A stretch of 64,000 nt of DNA from Candidatus Delongbacteria bacterium (GTDB taxonomy: Bacteria > CAIWAD01). The translations under genes and the position numbers were made by a program. Below are positions 28,625 through 39,108 of this stretch, one piece after another. A model generated the notes under the pieces. It was not told the DNA's origin and did no database searches. It saw nothing but the letters and a program-made list of their open reading frames with translations. The stretch's first letter is position 1, and every line of letters starts with the position of its first letter. The stretch spans positions 3,360,001 through 3,424,000 of the forward strand of contig OY760505.1 of assembly GCA_963663545.1 (NCBI GenBank). Direction: 5' to 3'.

Positions 28625-31600
28625 ATGAAGACGCTTGTTCGCCTCTGCTTGTGCTGTGGTCTCGCGCTTGGCGCTATTGCTGGCCCGGACAAGCTGGAGG
28701 CACCGGATCATCACAGTGCCGTCAGCCAGCGGACTCTTACGAAATCGCACGAGCTTGTGAGGCCCTTATCCATTGGAAATGCCCGATTGGCCGTACCCGA
28801 GAGGGAGCCAGTGCAGACGCCCATGCGCTACCGGCAGGAAAATGCGTGTCACAAAAAGGTGCCGTGCAGCTATCCCCTTCTTGAACTTCGCGATCTGCGG
28901 CAGGGGGGAGAGACCATCGCCGACGCAGTATCCATCTCGCTTCCCTTCAGCGGAACCGGGACAACGCTGGGGTATGCGGATGACTATGACGAAGCCTGCC
29001 AATGGCCAGCTACTGCGCCGGATGTGGTCTACGCGCTGACCGTGACGGTGACTGATGTGTACAACTTCGACCTCTTCGGCAGCGACTACGATACCAAGCT
29101 CTTTGTGTACGCGGCTGACGCTCAGAGTCTGGTGGCCTGCAACGACGACTACTGGAGCGACTACACCAGTGCCGTGCAAAACCTACCGCTTGTCGCTGGT
29201 GTGTATTACGTGGTCGTGGATGGCTACGGAACGAGTTCTGGCAACTACCAGCTCGAAATCGCCCGTAGCGAGGCCTGCGACCAGTTCGTCGTGACAGAAG
29301 TGCAGCTTCCTTACACGGGAAGTGCGTCCACTCTTGGTGCCCCCAACATCTGCGGCACAGAGGCCGGAGAAGTGGGCTTTCGGTTCACTTTGCTCGAATC
29401 GAGCCGCATAAGCGTGAGTACCTGCCTGCCGGGTACCAGCTACGACACCGACTCCTATCTCTTTTCCGGAAACCCGTGCGATGGCGGCAGGGAGCTGCTG
29501 TTCAACGATGGTGATTACGGTTGTACGTATCACGCCTGGGCTTCGGCCTGGTCGACGGAGTGTGGAGCTGTACCGGCGGGCAGCTATGTCTTGGTGATCA
29601 GCGGCTATGGAGACAGCGAGGGTGACTTTGAGCTAAGCATCAGTGCCGAGGCCTGCGATTGCGAGCCCGTACCCTGCGAGGGCACACAGGAAATAGAACC
29701 CAATAACGGCCCCGACGCGGAACCAGCGGCCTTTGGCAGCATCGCCTGCGCGGAGACGGTGTGCGGCAGCGTCTTTACTGCTCTTGGTGATAGCGGCGAA
29801 GTGACCTTGCGTGACACGGACTACTTTGAAATTCAATTGACCGCAGACGCAGAAGTACAACTGCAATTGGAGGTGGAGAACTTTGACGGCACACTGGCGC
29901 TGTTGGACGAAAGCCTGAATCTACTCGCCAGTGCGGACAATGCTGTGTACTGTGAAGGTGAGTTGCTGCCCATGGACTGCCTTCCAGCGGGAGTGTATTA
30001 CGCCCGTGTTGGATCCACAGCGGGATCGGTGATACAAGGATCGGCCAACTACGCTCTGAGCCTTGCCTGCACGGACTGCGAGTGGATTGATCCATGTGAC
30101 ACGGCGCCTGTGCTTGTGTGCAATGGCGCAGCGACCGTCGGAACCACCATCGGAGCTCCTGATAACGTCGGTTACGATTGCGGAGAGAGGATCTACACCT
30201 TCGAGCTGGCAAGGAGTTCGCTAGTGGACATTGACCTTTGCTCGGCACTCACCACGTATGACAGCTATCTACGTGTCTACGACCGTTGTCCGCTCGACAG
30301 CGATGCCGTGCAATTAGCCTTCAACGATGATGGTACCGAAGCCGACTGTGCCGATTCACTGCATGGCGCGCCCTATCCACCTTCGCACATCGCAGATCTG
30401 TTTCTTGAGGCCGGAAGCTACTGGATTGTGGTCGAGGGCTACGAGGCAGAAGGCAACTTCGAGCTCACGTTGAGCGCAACCGAGCACATCTGTACTCCTG
30501 TGTCTTGTGGTGGAACTCCGGAAGTAGAGCCCAACGATGGCCCCAATGTGGATCCGCCTGTTTTCGGGAGCCTCCTCTGCGGTGAGACCCTGTGCGGTAG
30601 CACGTACACGGACGTTGACAGTACCGGAGCTGGCATTCGTGATACGGACTTCTACGTGATCGAACTCTCCGCTCCGTCAATCCTGACTCTTTCGCTCGCG
30701 GTAGAGAACTTCGATGGCGAACTCTTGCTGCTAGATGATGAATACCGCGTCTTGGCATGCGCCGATGACCACGGCTACTGCGAGGACGAAGTGTTGATCA
30801 GCGATTGTTTGCCGCAGGGTGTGTATTACGCCTTTGTGGCTCACAATACATATTGGGGAGTGAGCCGTCCGGCCGGTTATGCCCTCAGCCTGCACAGCGA
30901 AAGCTGTGTCTACCAAAGTCCCTACACGTGCTGGCAAGCACCTGTATCACCAGAGGAGGACTGGTCCTTTGCGCTGATCAATGCAGGAGCTGGCAATCGG
31001 GTTGCCGAGCGCTTTGGTGAAGGCGGACGGATAACAGCCCTTGAGGTGCAGGTGTTGAGCTTGTATCACGACGGCATCGCCTGGAGCAGCTGTGAGGCGG
31101 GAGACGTGCAGGTCGAGTTGAGCTTCTACGAATTGGCTGGCGAACTCCCCGGTGATCTTGTCTCGACCCAGACTCTCGTCGGCAGCCTGAGCGAAAACGG
31201 CCAGCTCTTTGCCAGCGGAGACAGCCTCTTTGCGGCAAGCACTCTGCACTTGGCGCTGAGTGAACCGGTGATCCTGGAGGAGGGCTGGTTCTCGTTGCAG
31301 GAGCAGGGTGCCGACTGCTGGCTGCTGTGGGGCAACAGCATCTGTGGAGCCGATGGCCGTTGCCTAATCAACCAGGGCACTGGCTGGCTTGTCGAAGAAA
31401 ACGACAGGGATTTTGCGCTGACCGTGGACAGACCCTGCGATCGAATCGAAGACCTGGCGCTAACGATTGCCGGAAGTACGCTACTCCTATCCTGGTCCCA
31501 GGTAGCCGGTGCAAGCGACTACCTCGTGTACGCTTCGAACACTGGCTACGGCGATTTTGTCGAGATTGGCCGCAGTGGAGGGAGAACCAGCTTCACGGAT

Positions 31601-31657
31601 CCACTCGCTCTGGAGCGCGGCTGTCGCGTCTATCGTGTCACAGCTCTCTGTCCTTGA
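28625..31657 (+). CDS. Secreted Cys-rich protein with PPC-like repeats and Cys-bracketed C-terminal domain
   Basis: RBS ggagg and ATG 28625; signal peptide; repeated YDT.L...NDD and EIEPNN modules; ends VYRVTALCP. Confidence 0.82.
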   Translation: MKTLVRLCLCCGLALGAIAGPDKLEAPDHHSAVSQRTLTKSHELVRPLSIGNARLAVPEREPVQTPMRYRQENACHKKVPCSYPLLELRDLRQGGETIADAVSISLPFSGTGTTLGYADDYDEACQWPATAPDVVYALTVTVTDVYNFDLFGSDYDTKLFVYAADAQSLVACNDDYWSDYTSAVQNLPLVAGVYYVVVDGYGTSSGNYQLEIARSEACDQFVVTEVQLPYTGSASTLGAPNICGTEAGEVGFRFTLLESSRISVSTCLPGTSYDTDSYLFSGNPCDGGRELLFNDGDYGCTYHAWASAWSTECGAVPAGSYVLVISGYGDSEGDFELSISAEACDCEPVPCEGTQEIEPNNGPDAEPAAFGSIACAETVCGSVFTALGDSGEVTLRDTDYFEIQLTADAEVQLQLEVENFDGTLALLDESLNLLASADNAVYCEGELLPMDCLPAGVYYARVGSTAGSVIQGSANYALSLACTDCEWIDPCDTAPVLVCNGAATVGTTIGAPDNVGYDCGERIYTFELARSSLVDIDLCSALTTYDSYLRVYDRCPLDSDAVQLAFNDDGTEADCADSLHGAPYPPSHIADLFLEAGSYWIVVEGYEAEGNFELTLSATEHICTPVSCGGTPEVEPNDGPNVDPPVFGSLLCGETLCGSTYTDVDSTGAGIRDTDFYVIELSAPSILTLSLAVENFDGELLLLDDEYRVLACADDHGYCEDEVLISDCLPQGVYYAFVAHNTYWGVSRPAGYALSLHSESCVYQSPYTCWQAPVSPEEDWSFALINAGAGNRVAERFGEGGRITALEVQVLSLYHDGIAWSSCEAGDVQVELSFYELAGELPGDLVSTQTLVGSLSENGQLFASGDSLFAASTLHLALSEPVILEEGWFSLQEQGADCWLLWGNSICGADGRCLINQGTGWLVEENDRDFALTVDRPCDRIEDLALTIAGSTLLLSWSQVAGASDYLVYASNTGYGDFVEIGRSGGRTSFTDPLALERGCRVYRVTALCP

Positions 31658-31878
31658 GCGATTTTTGAGCAAGCGTTCAAAATGGCCTCCGGCTCTGCAC
31701 ATACAGCAGAGCCGGATACTTATTGTGACAGGCGAGGCACTTGATAGACTGCTTCCTACAGAGGTGGCGATGAATATTTCTTGATTCTACGGTAAAGCGT
31801 ACTAAAATGACATGCATGACATTTTCCCTTGCCTTTTCCTTGGCCAAACCATACTCTCAGTGGGTCAAGATGTCAGAT

Positions 31879-31895
31879 GTGGCACGCGACTTGTC
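31879..31895 (+). promoter_or_regulatory. Putative sigma54 promoter (GT at -12)
   Basis: GTGGCACGCGACTTGTC. Confidence 0.5.
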
Positions 31896-31976
31896 CCGGA
31901 ACACATGGCGCGGCCCATAAAGGAAGCTCTCTCTTCATTACCGATACCTTTCATTTCTGTGCCAAAAGGAGAACAG

Positions 31977-34900
31977 ATGAAGAAGCATCTAGCTTGTTTG
32001 CTGGCCTTGGGCGTGGTCGGCTGCGCGTTCGCAGTTGATGCCGCTGCGGGGACCCCGCAAGCCCATTTGAAGCAATATCTGCAGTTGAAGTATTCCGGTT
32101 CGGACATCCCGGAATGGCTGCAGAGTGAGATCAATCCAATTTCCCAAACTCCTTCCCGCGTGGGCGGTGATACAGCAGCAGAGGCTGTTGTTATTGACTC
32201 GCTGCCGTATGCTGACAACGGTACTACGGCGGGTAAGGCGAACGATATCGGTCCGTACAATCGTGACAACATTCTGTGCACGTGGTCTGGCTACTACGGG
32301 TCTAGTTACACAGGAAGCTCCTCGGATGTCTTCTACAGTCTGCACCTGGATGAGGCGACAGTTCTGGATGTCTCCCTTTGCGATTCGGACTATGACACTT
32401 CCTTGGGTCTCTTCGAGAAGGTCGCCGGTGCTCCCGGGAACATGCTAGCGGGAAATGATGACTTCTGCGATTCACAATCCAGATTCATTTGCGAGATCCC
32501 TGCTGGTGATTATTTCATCGTCGTTGATGGATATGACGACGAAGAAGGTGACTATTCGCTCAGCGTTGAGTCCTCTGTAATTGTGGATCCCTGTACGGAT
32601 GTACCGGAAATCGCCCTTGGCGATGTGATCGAAGCCGACGCACCGACTGTGAACAATTTCTCCGGCAGCGGCTGCGGCGTTCACAATGGCTATGACGACG
32701 TCTATCAGCTGACCTTGACCGAGGACACCGCCCTTACGGTCAACATGGCAACGACAAGTGATATGGCACTTGTGATCCTGACGGATTGCGATGATGTCAC
32801 TTCCTGCGTGGCTTACAGCGATCCCAACACCCTGTCTACTGTGTTACAGGCGGGTACCTATTTCGTGGTTGCCGATTTCTACGGTGCAAACGTCGGCGCC
32901 GCTTACACGCTGACTGTTACGGGAGTTACCGTCGGCGATCCCTGCCTTGACGTGCCCGAAATCGCCATTGGCGACGTCATTGAAGCCGATGCGCCCACTG
33001 TGAACTACTTCTCCAACAGCGGATGCGGAAATCACAACGGTTTCGATGACATCTACCAGCTGACCCTGACGGAGGACACTCCACTTTCCATTACCATGGA
33101 CACTCCTGGTGATGAGGCCATCGTGATTCTGACCGATTGCGAGGATGTGACTTCTTGTGTCGCGTACAGTGATCCTTCTGTGCTGGAGACCTTTCTGCTG
33201 GCAGGCACGTATTATGTCGTCGCGGATTTCTTCAGCTCTGGAGCGGGTTCCGCTTATACGCTGACCGTCGGCACCTACACCGATGTGTGTGATACACCCA
33301 CCGAAATCGCGGTTGGCGATGTGATTGAGGCGGATGCCCCCACCGAGAACCATTTCTCCGGAGCCAGCTGTGGAACTCACAATGGCTACGATGATCTCTA
33401 CACCTTCACTTTGACGGAAGAGACCGAGCTTGAGATCGAGATGGAAGCTTCCAGCGATGGAGCTATGCTGATTCTGACCGATTGCCACGATCTGGCCTCC
33501 TGTGTCGATTACAGCGATCCTGCCGTGATGGTGACCACGCTGCCTGCTGGCACCTATTATCTGGTTGCCGATTTCTATTACAGCTCCGCTGGTTCGTCTT
33601 ACACACTTTCCATGATCGAGTATGTGGCTCCTTGTGATGTCTTCACCGAGGGTGTGCTGACTCTGGAATCTCCCGTCAGTGGAACCACCGTTGGTGCTCC
33701 CAATGTCTATTCGGGCAACTACGGCGACGCCGGATACACCTTTGAGGTAACAGTAGCTGGCAGCTACACCTTCAGCACCTGTTCGGCCAACACGTCCTAC
33801 GGCACCTATCTGTATCTGCTGGACGCCAGCCCCTGTGATGAGGCCGTGACACAAATCACTTATGGATACAGCGACGCTTGCAGTGATGCCGGTCATACGG
33901 TAGGCATCATTGAGGAAGAGTGGCTTGAGATCGGCACGTATCACCTGCTGGTTGGTGGGTATGCTGAGGGCACCTTCGAGTTGAGCGCCATGTATCACGA
34001 GCCCTGCGTGGACTACGATTGCACCGGTCTGACCCAGGAAGGTGAAGGCTATTATCCTGGTCAGGATCCTCCGGTGTACGTTGACACCTTCAACGGCGGC
34101 TGTGACACGGACAGCACCCAGTATACGCTTGTGTTCCCCGGCGACGAGTGGTGCGGCACCTTCTTCACCTATGTGAACGATGCCAGTGCCAACAAGCGCG
34201 ACTCTGACTGGTACGAGTTTACACTGACCGAGCCCTCCGATGTCACGCTGAGCGCTTACAGCTGCGGTGACTTCTATCTGAAGGTGCTGAACGAGTGCAC
34301 CAGCCTGATCAGTGTCACCGGCGACGAGACCCAGACTCTCAGTGGCTGGCTGAACGCTGGCACGTATCAGATTGCCATCTATCCCAGTTTGACGACGGGA
34401 ATGCCTGACGAGACTTCGTATCACATGGAGCTGAGCGCTACGCCCAATGATCCCTGTGAATCCGTAATGGCGATCGAGTGCGGCGAGACCCTGAGCCGCG
34501 AAGAACCCGTCGGCAACTACTTCTATGGTGCCAACCTGAATGATGGTTGCGCTGCGTACGCTCACAACGGTCCGGATGAGACCTTTGCCTTTACACTGGA
34601 CCAGACTACTACTGTCAGCATCGTTATGACTCCCGTCAGTGGCGATGCCTCCCTGTTCCTGATCAGCGAGTGCGGCAATCCCGCATCTTGCATCGAGAAC
34701 TCCGATAGCGGTACCAGCAATCCCGAGACCATTGAGACCGAGCTTGAAGCTGGCACCTATTACATTGTTGCCGACTACTACACGCTCAATCCCAGCAATG
34801 GTAACTACACCCTTTCGCTGTCCTGCACCACAGATCCCAACCCGCCGGTTGTGGTTCATGAGCCCATTGAGGGTGCATTGGATGCGCAAGGCCCCTACAC

Positions 34901-36866
34901 CATTACAGCTACCGTTACCGATGCTGAGTCCGGTGTCAGCTCGGTGAGCATGTATTACCGAACCGAGATTGGTGACTTCAACGAAGTGGCAATGACGGCC
35001 GATGGCGACGTTTTCACGGCCAGCATTGCGGCTCTGGAGTTCGGTTGTGCGGCTGAGTATTACATCGTTGCCGTCGACGGTATGGACAATGTGACACAGA
35101 CCGACAACTACTTCTTCTGGCCCATCGACTGGAGTCTTGCGCCCCGTGAGCTGGCTGCCAGCGATGGCGAGCTTGGCGCCACCACGATCGAGTGGATTGC
35201 TCCCGAGTACGCTCAGGGACAACTTCAGCAGCCCGCTGGTATGTTCATCGAGAGCTTCGAGAACGGTATCCCCAGTACTTGGACTGTGATCGATGTGGAT
35301 GGTGGTGACGACTGGGTGGCGTATTCATCCGACTCCTATGATGGCGATGCCTGCGTTTCCGTTTGGTATGACACCCCCAATGATGATTATCTGATTACCC
35401 CCGCGTTGACACCTACGGGAACGACCTCCCTCACCTTCTATGCCAAGGCTGACGATTCAGACTATGACGAGACCTTGGAATTCATGGTCTCCACCACTGA
35501 CACAGACCCTGCCAGTTTCACTCTGATTGATACGCAGGTGCTGGAGAATGTGAATGGCTGGACGGAGCTGAGCTATGATCTGGGTGGCTATGCCGGTCAG
35601 CAGATCTATGTGGCTTTCCATTGCATCTCCGATGATATGTATCGGCTGTTGCTGGACTACACCGTCTTCACCAACCTTGCTGAGACGGTTCAGATGGCAA
35701 GCTCTTGGGTAGGTGAACCTGTGCAGACGGTGGAAGAGATCTTCACCCGCAAGGGCAACACCCTGAGTAAGGAAGAGATCGCCAGCATGCTGCAGCAGCA
35801 GAGTGCCAGCGAGCGTAGCTTTGTCGGTTACAATGTCTACCGTGATGGTCAGCTGTTGAGTAGTGTTACGGAACTGGAGTATGTCGACGGTCTTAGCACC
35901 GGTGCCGTGCAGGATCAGGTCTACACTTATTACGTGACCGCTGTCTATGATGCTGGCGAGTCCGCCGCTTCCGACAGCGATACGGGGTACTTTGCTGGTC
36001 GTCCGACCGCTGGTGGTCCCGACACCTTTGGTTACACTTGGGAAAGTAGCTTGAACGGTGGCGATGTCAGCTATGGCTGGATCGAGCACACCGCGTCTGC
36101 CGTTGAGCTGAGTCTGGACGATTCCCAGAACTCCGGTGAACTCACCATGGGTATGGACTTCCCCTTCTACGGTGAAAGCCAGAGCACCATCTTCGTGAAT
36201 TCTAACGGTCACCTGACCTTTGATGCGGGTTTCAACTACACCGGTGCCCAGGCTTATCCCAACAGCTCCACGCCCAACAACATCATCGCCCTGTGGGCCG
36301 ACGATCTGGATCCCATTGTGGAAACACCAATCGATCCTGCCACGCAGATCCTGTACGAGCTGATTGACGGCGCCTTTGTGGTGAGCTATATCAATGTGCC
36401 GCAATGGATCTCCGGAACCGAGACCATCGATGACTGCATTTCCGCTCAGGCCGTGTTGTATGCCGATGGCGACATCCAGTACAACTACCGTAGCTTCGGT
36501 TCCAGCCTGAATACCACGAGCAGTTGCGCCATTGGTATCGAGAATGCCACGGGCGTTGATGGACTCAGTGTTCGCTATCAGAACGATGGGTGCGACTTGG
36601 TAGACGAGATGTCTATTCGTATCACCTCCCCGACACAGGGTGGCAACTGCGAAGAAGCTCCGGTGACGGCGATCGTGACCAATGGTGCCAACATCGAGCT
36701 GAGCTGGACCGAAGTTTCCGGCGCCACCAGCTACCGCGTGCTGGCTTCTGGCACCGGTTTCGCAAACTTCAGCGAACTGGCCGTGGTCAACGAGTTGAGT
36801 TACACTGTGACCAATGCCCTTGCCGAGGGCAAGCAGTTCTTCAAGGTCGTGGCGGTCTGCGAATAG
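31977..36866 (+). CDS. Giant secreted multidomain surface protein (PPC-like repeats, Ig/FN3, cleaved-adhesin-like, GGPD module) with Cys-bracketed C-terminal domain
   Basis: RBS aggag and ATG 31977; signal peptide; shares modules with both 15606 and 28625 proteins; ends FFKVVAVCE. Confidence 0.85.
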   Translation: MKKHLACLLALGVVGCAFAVDAAAGTPQAHLKQYLQLKYSGSDIPEWLQSEINPISQTPSRVGGDTAAEAVVIDSLPYADNGTTAGKANDIGPYNRDNILCTWSGYYGSSYTGSSSDVFYSLHLDEATVLDVSLCDSDYDTSLGLFEKVAGAPGNMLAGNDDFCDSQSRFICEIPAGDYFIVVDGYDDEEGDYSLSVESSVIVDPCTDVPEIALGDVIEADAPTVNNFSGSGCGVHNGYDDVYQLTLTEDTALTVNMATTSDMALVILTDCDDVTSCVAYSDPNTLSTVLQAGTYFVVADFYGANVGAAYTLTVTGVTVGDPCLDVPEIAIGDVIEADAPTVNYFSNSGCGNHNGFDDIYQLTLTEDTPLSITMDTPGDEAIVILTDCEDVTSCVAYSDPSVLETFLLAGTYYVVADFFSSGAGSAYTLTVGTYTDVCDTPTEIAVGDVIEADAPTENHFSGASCGTHNGYDDLYTFTLTEETELEIEMEASSDGAMLILTDCHDLASCVDYSDPAVMVTTLPAGTYYLVADFYYSSAGSSYTLSMIEYVAPCDVFTEGVLTLESPVSGTTVGAPNVYSGNYGDAGYTFEVTVAGSYTFSTCSANTSYGTYLYLLDASPCDEAVTQITYGYSDACSDAGHTVGIIEEEWLEIGTYHLLVGGYAEGTFELSAMYHEPCVDYDCTGLTQEGEGYYPGQDPPVYVDTFNGGCDTDSTQYTLVFPGDEWCGTFFTYVNDASANKRDSDWYEFTLTEPSDVTLSAYSCGDFYLKVLNECTSLISVTGDETQTLSGWLNAGTYQIAIYPSLTTGMPDETSYHMELSATPNDPCESVMAIECGETLSREEPVGNYFYGANLNDGCAAYAHNGPDETFAFTLDQTTTVSIVMTPVSGDASLFLISECGNPASCIENSDSGTSNPETIETELEAGTYYIVADYYTLNPSNGNYTLSLSCTTDPNPPVVVHEPIEGALDAQGPYTITATVTDAESGVSSVSMYYRTEIGDFNEVAMTADGDVFTASIAALEFGCAAEYYIVAVDGMDNVTQTDNYFFWPIDWSLAPRELAASDGELGATTIEWIAPEYAQGQLQQPAGMFIESFENGIPSTWTVIDVDGGDDWVAYSSDSYDGDACVSVWYDTPNDDYLITPALTPTGTTSLTFYAKADDSDYDETLEFMVSTTDTDPASFTLIDTQVLENVNGWTELSYDLGGYAGQQIYVAFHCISDDMYRLLLDYTVFTNLAETVQMASSWVGEPVQTVEEIFTRKGNTLSKEEIASMLQQQSASERSFVGYNVYRDGQLLSSVTELEYVDGLSTGAVQDQVYTYYVTAVYDAGESAASDSDTGYFAGRPTAGGPDTFGYTWESSLNGGDVSYGWIEHTASAVELSLDDSQNSGELTMGMDFPFYGESQSTIFVNSNGHLTFDAGFNYTGAQAYPNSSTPNNIIALWADDLDPIVETPIDPATQILYELIDGAFVVSYINVPQWISGTETIDDCISAQAVLYADGDIQYNYRSFGSSLNTTSSCAIGIENATGVDGLSVRYQNDGCDLVDEMSIRITSPTQGGNCEEAPVTAIVTNGANIELSWTEVSGATSYRVLASGTGFANFSELAVVNELSYTVTNALAEGKQFFKVVAVCE
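32586..33625 (+). repeat. Three tandem ~115-117-aa intragenic domain repeats
   Basis: Units start at 32586, 32937 and 33282 (DPC..PEIA.GDVIEADAPT.N.FS...CG.HNG.DD). Confidence 0.85.
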
Positions 36867-36890
36867 CGGTCCTTCACACTCGAAATCCCC

Positions 36891-36932
36891 CGGGGACTCT
36901 TCGCCATTGCGGCGGGGAGTCCCCGTCTTTTC
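36891..36932 (+). terminator. Intrinsic terminator
   Basis: cggggactcttcgcc-attgc-ggcggggagtccccg-tctttt. Confidence 0.65.
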
Positions 36933-37024
36933 GTTACATTGCGAGCCCTTTGTGTGCGCGTGTGCGCCACGGCCTTGCGGCTTTCCGGAATTCCGGACGC
37001 GGGGCTGCCTGAACAGGAGACGAG

Positions 37025-37585
37025 ATGAGCAATTCCGGCCACAGGCCCAGCCCCTTTCACGGCACAACCGTGGTCTGCGTGAGACATCGCGGCAAGACGG
37101 CCATTGGCAGCGACGGTCAGGTGAGTTTTGGTGATACATCGCTGAAAGCGGGCGCGGTCAAAGTGCGTCCTCTTCGCGATGGGAAAGTACTGGCGGGCTT
37201 CGCTGGCAGTACCGCTGACGCCTTTGCCCTTTTCGAGCGCTTCGAGCAGATGCTGGAAAGCCACCAGGGCGAGTTGACCCGCAGCGTTGTCGAGCTGGCC
37301 AAGGAGTGGCGCACCGACAAGGTGATGCGTCACCTGGACGCGCTGTTGCTGGTGGCGGACACCAAACACATCTACATGGTCAGTGGCCTGGGCGACATCA
37401 TCGAGCCTGACGATCAGGTGCTGGCCATCGGTAGCGGCGGACCCTACGCACTGGCGGCCGCGCGCGCGCTGATGCATCACACCAAGATGAGCGCCGAGGA
37501 GATCGTCAAGGAATCGCTGACCATCGCCGCGGACATCTGCATCTACACCAATCATCACATCACGGTACATAGTCTTGGCAAATAA
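37025..37585 (+). CDS. hslV: ATP-dependent protease subunit HslV
   Basis: [19 protein letters not shown] and IGSGG motifs. Confidence 0.96.
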   Translation: MSNSGHRPSPFHGTTVVCVRHRGKTAIGSDGQVSFGDTSLKAGAVKVRPLRDGKVLAGFAGSTADAFALFERFEQMLESHQGELTRSVVELAKEWRTDKVMRHLDALLLVADTKHIYMVSGLGDIIEPDDQVLAIGSGGPYALAAARALMHHTKMSAEEIVKESLTIAADICIYTNHHITVHSLGK

Positions 37586-39029
37586 ACACGACGAGCAGCT
37601 GCCGGAAGAAGCGGCACAGAAGAACAGTGAGCTGAGGGGCGGTCCGGGTGCGGCCGCGGGAGCGGTGAAGCGCGGACCCAAGGGCGGCAAGCGCAAGGGC
37701 AGTTCGGCGGAGAGCGCCGAGGCCCTCTCGCCCAAGCGCATCGTCAAGGAGCTGGACCGCTACATCGTCGGCCAGCAGAAGGCCAAGCGTGCAGTAGCCG
37801 TGGCGCTGCGCAATCGCTGGCGCCGTCAGCACTGCCCCGAGGAGATCCGCAGCGAGATCCTGCCCTTCAACATCATCCTGATCGGACCCACCGGCGTGGG
37901 CAAAACCGAAATCGCCCGCCGTCTGGCCGCACTGGCGCAGGCGCCCTTCATCAAGGTCGAGGCCAGTCGCTTCACCGAAGTGGGCTACGTGGGCCGCGAT
38001 GTCGAATCAATGATCCGCGACCTGGTGGAGCTGGCGGTGCAGCACGAGCGCGTTCTGGAAGAAGAGCGCTTGGCGGAGGAAATCGGTCGCGCCGTTGAGC
38101 AGCGCCTGCTGGAAGCCCTGCAGCGTAGCTTTGAAGGCCGCGAAGAGGAACTGGTCGCATTGCCCGAGCGCCTGCGACGGGGCGAGCTCGACGGCGAAAG
38201 CGTCGAGCTGGAAGTGGTGGGCGGCGGCAGCAGCGCGATGATGCAAATCTTCACGCCGGGAGGCATGGAGGAGATTGCCGGCAATCTGCAGGAATTTCTG
38301 GGCGACATGATGCCGCGCCAGACCCAGGTGCGCTCCATGACCGTGGCCGAAGGCCGTCGCCGCTTACGCGAGGACGAGAGCGAGCGGCAGATGGATATAG
38401 ACCAAGTCATCGACCGCGCGCTGGACAAGTGCGAGCAACTGGGCATCGTTTTCATTGACGAGATCGACAAGATCTGCTCTTCGGGTGGCGAGGGTGGCAA
38501 CGGGCCCGACGTCAGTCGCCAGGGAGTGCAGAAGGACATTCTGCCCGTCATCGAGGGCACCGTGGTGCAGACGCGCTACGGCCCCGTGCATACCGATCAC
38601 ATGCTCTTCATCGCCTCGGGCGCCTTCCACTTGAGCAAGCCCGGCGATCTGATTCCCGAGCTGCAGGGGCGCTTTCCCGTGCGCGTCGAATTGGACGCGC
38701 TGGGTCGCCGCGAGTTCGAGCGTATTCTGACCCAGCCCGCCAACGCGCTGGTGCGCCAGTACGAGGCGCTCTTTGCCAGCGAGGGTGTGCGCATGGAGTT
38801 TTCTACCGACGCCGTGCGCGAGGTGGCCGAGTATGCCGTGACCGCCAACCGCCGTGCGGGCAACATCGGCGCACGCCGTCTGCAGGGGCTGATGCACCTG
38901 CTCTTCGAGGAGGAGCTCTTTGAACTGCCGAAGAAGGGCATGGAGGAGCTGAAGGTGGACGCCAAACTTGTACGCGAGCGCCTGGCCTCCGTAGTTGAGG
39001 ACGAGGATCTCTCGAAGTACATTCTGTGA
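37575..39029 (+). CDS. hslU: ATP-dependent protease ATPase subunit HslU
   Basis: [32 protein letters not shown] and ELQGRFP motifs; start uncertain. Confidence 0.96.
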   Translation: MANKHDEQLPEEAAQKNSELRGGPGAAAGAVKRGPKGGKRKGSSAESAEALSPKRIVKELDRYIVGQQKAKRAVAVALRNRWRRQHCPEEIRSEILPFNIILIGPTGVGKTEIARRLAALAQAPFIKVEASRFTEVGYVGRDVESMIRDLVELAVQHERVLEEERLAEEIGRAVEQRLLEALQRSFEGREEELVALPERLRRGELDGESVELEVVGGGSSAMMQIFTPGGMEEIAGNLQEFLGDMMPRQTQVRSMTVAEGRRRLREDESERQMDIDQVIDRALDKCEQLGIVFIDEIDKICSSGGEGGNGPDVSRQGVQKDILPVIEGTVVQTRYGPVHTDHMLFIASGAFHLSKPGDLIPELQGRFPVRVELDALGRREFERILTQPANALVRQYEALFASEGVRMEFSTDAVREVAEYAVTANRRAGNIGARRLQGLMHLLFEEELFELPKKGMEELKVDAKLVRERLASVVEDEDLSKYIL

Positions 39030-39108
39030 CACAAATCGCCGCTTGTATCACGGGATGCAGGCGGTTGTGATACAAACAATGTGAAGCATGAATAGAGGAG
39101 ACAGCCAC

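Noticed and set aside
37575..37725. Low-complexity N-terminal extension of HslU
   Set aside because: Start codon uncertain; variable N-termini are not remarkable.
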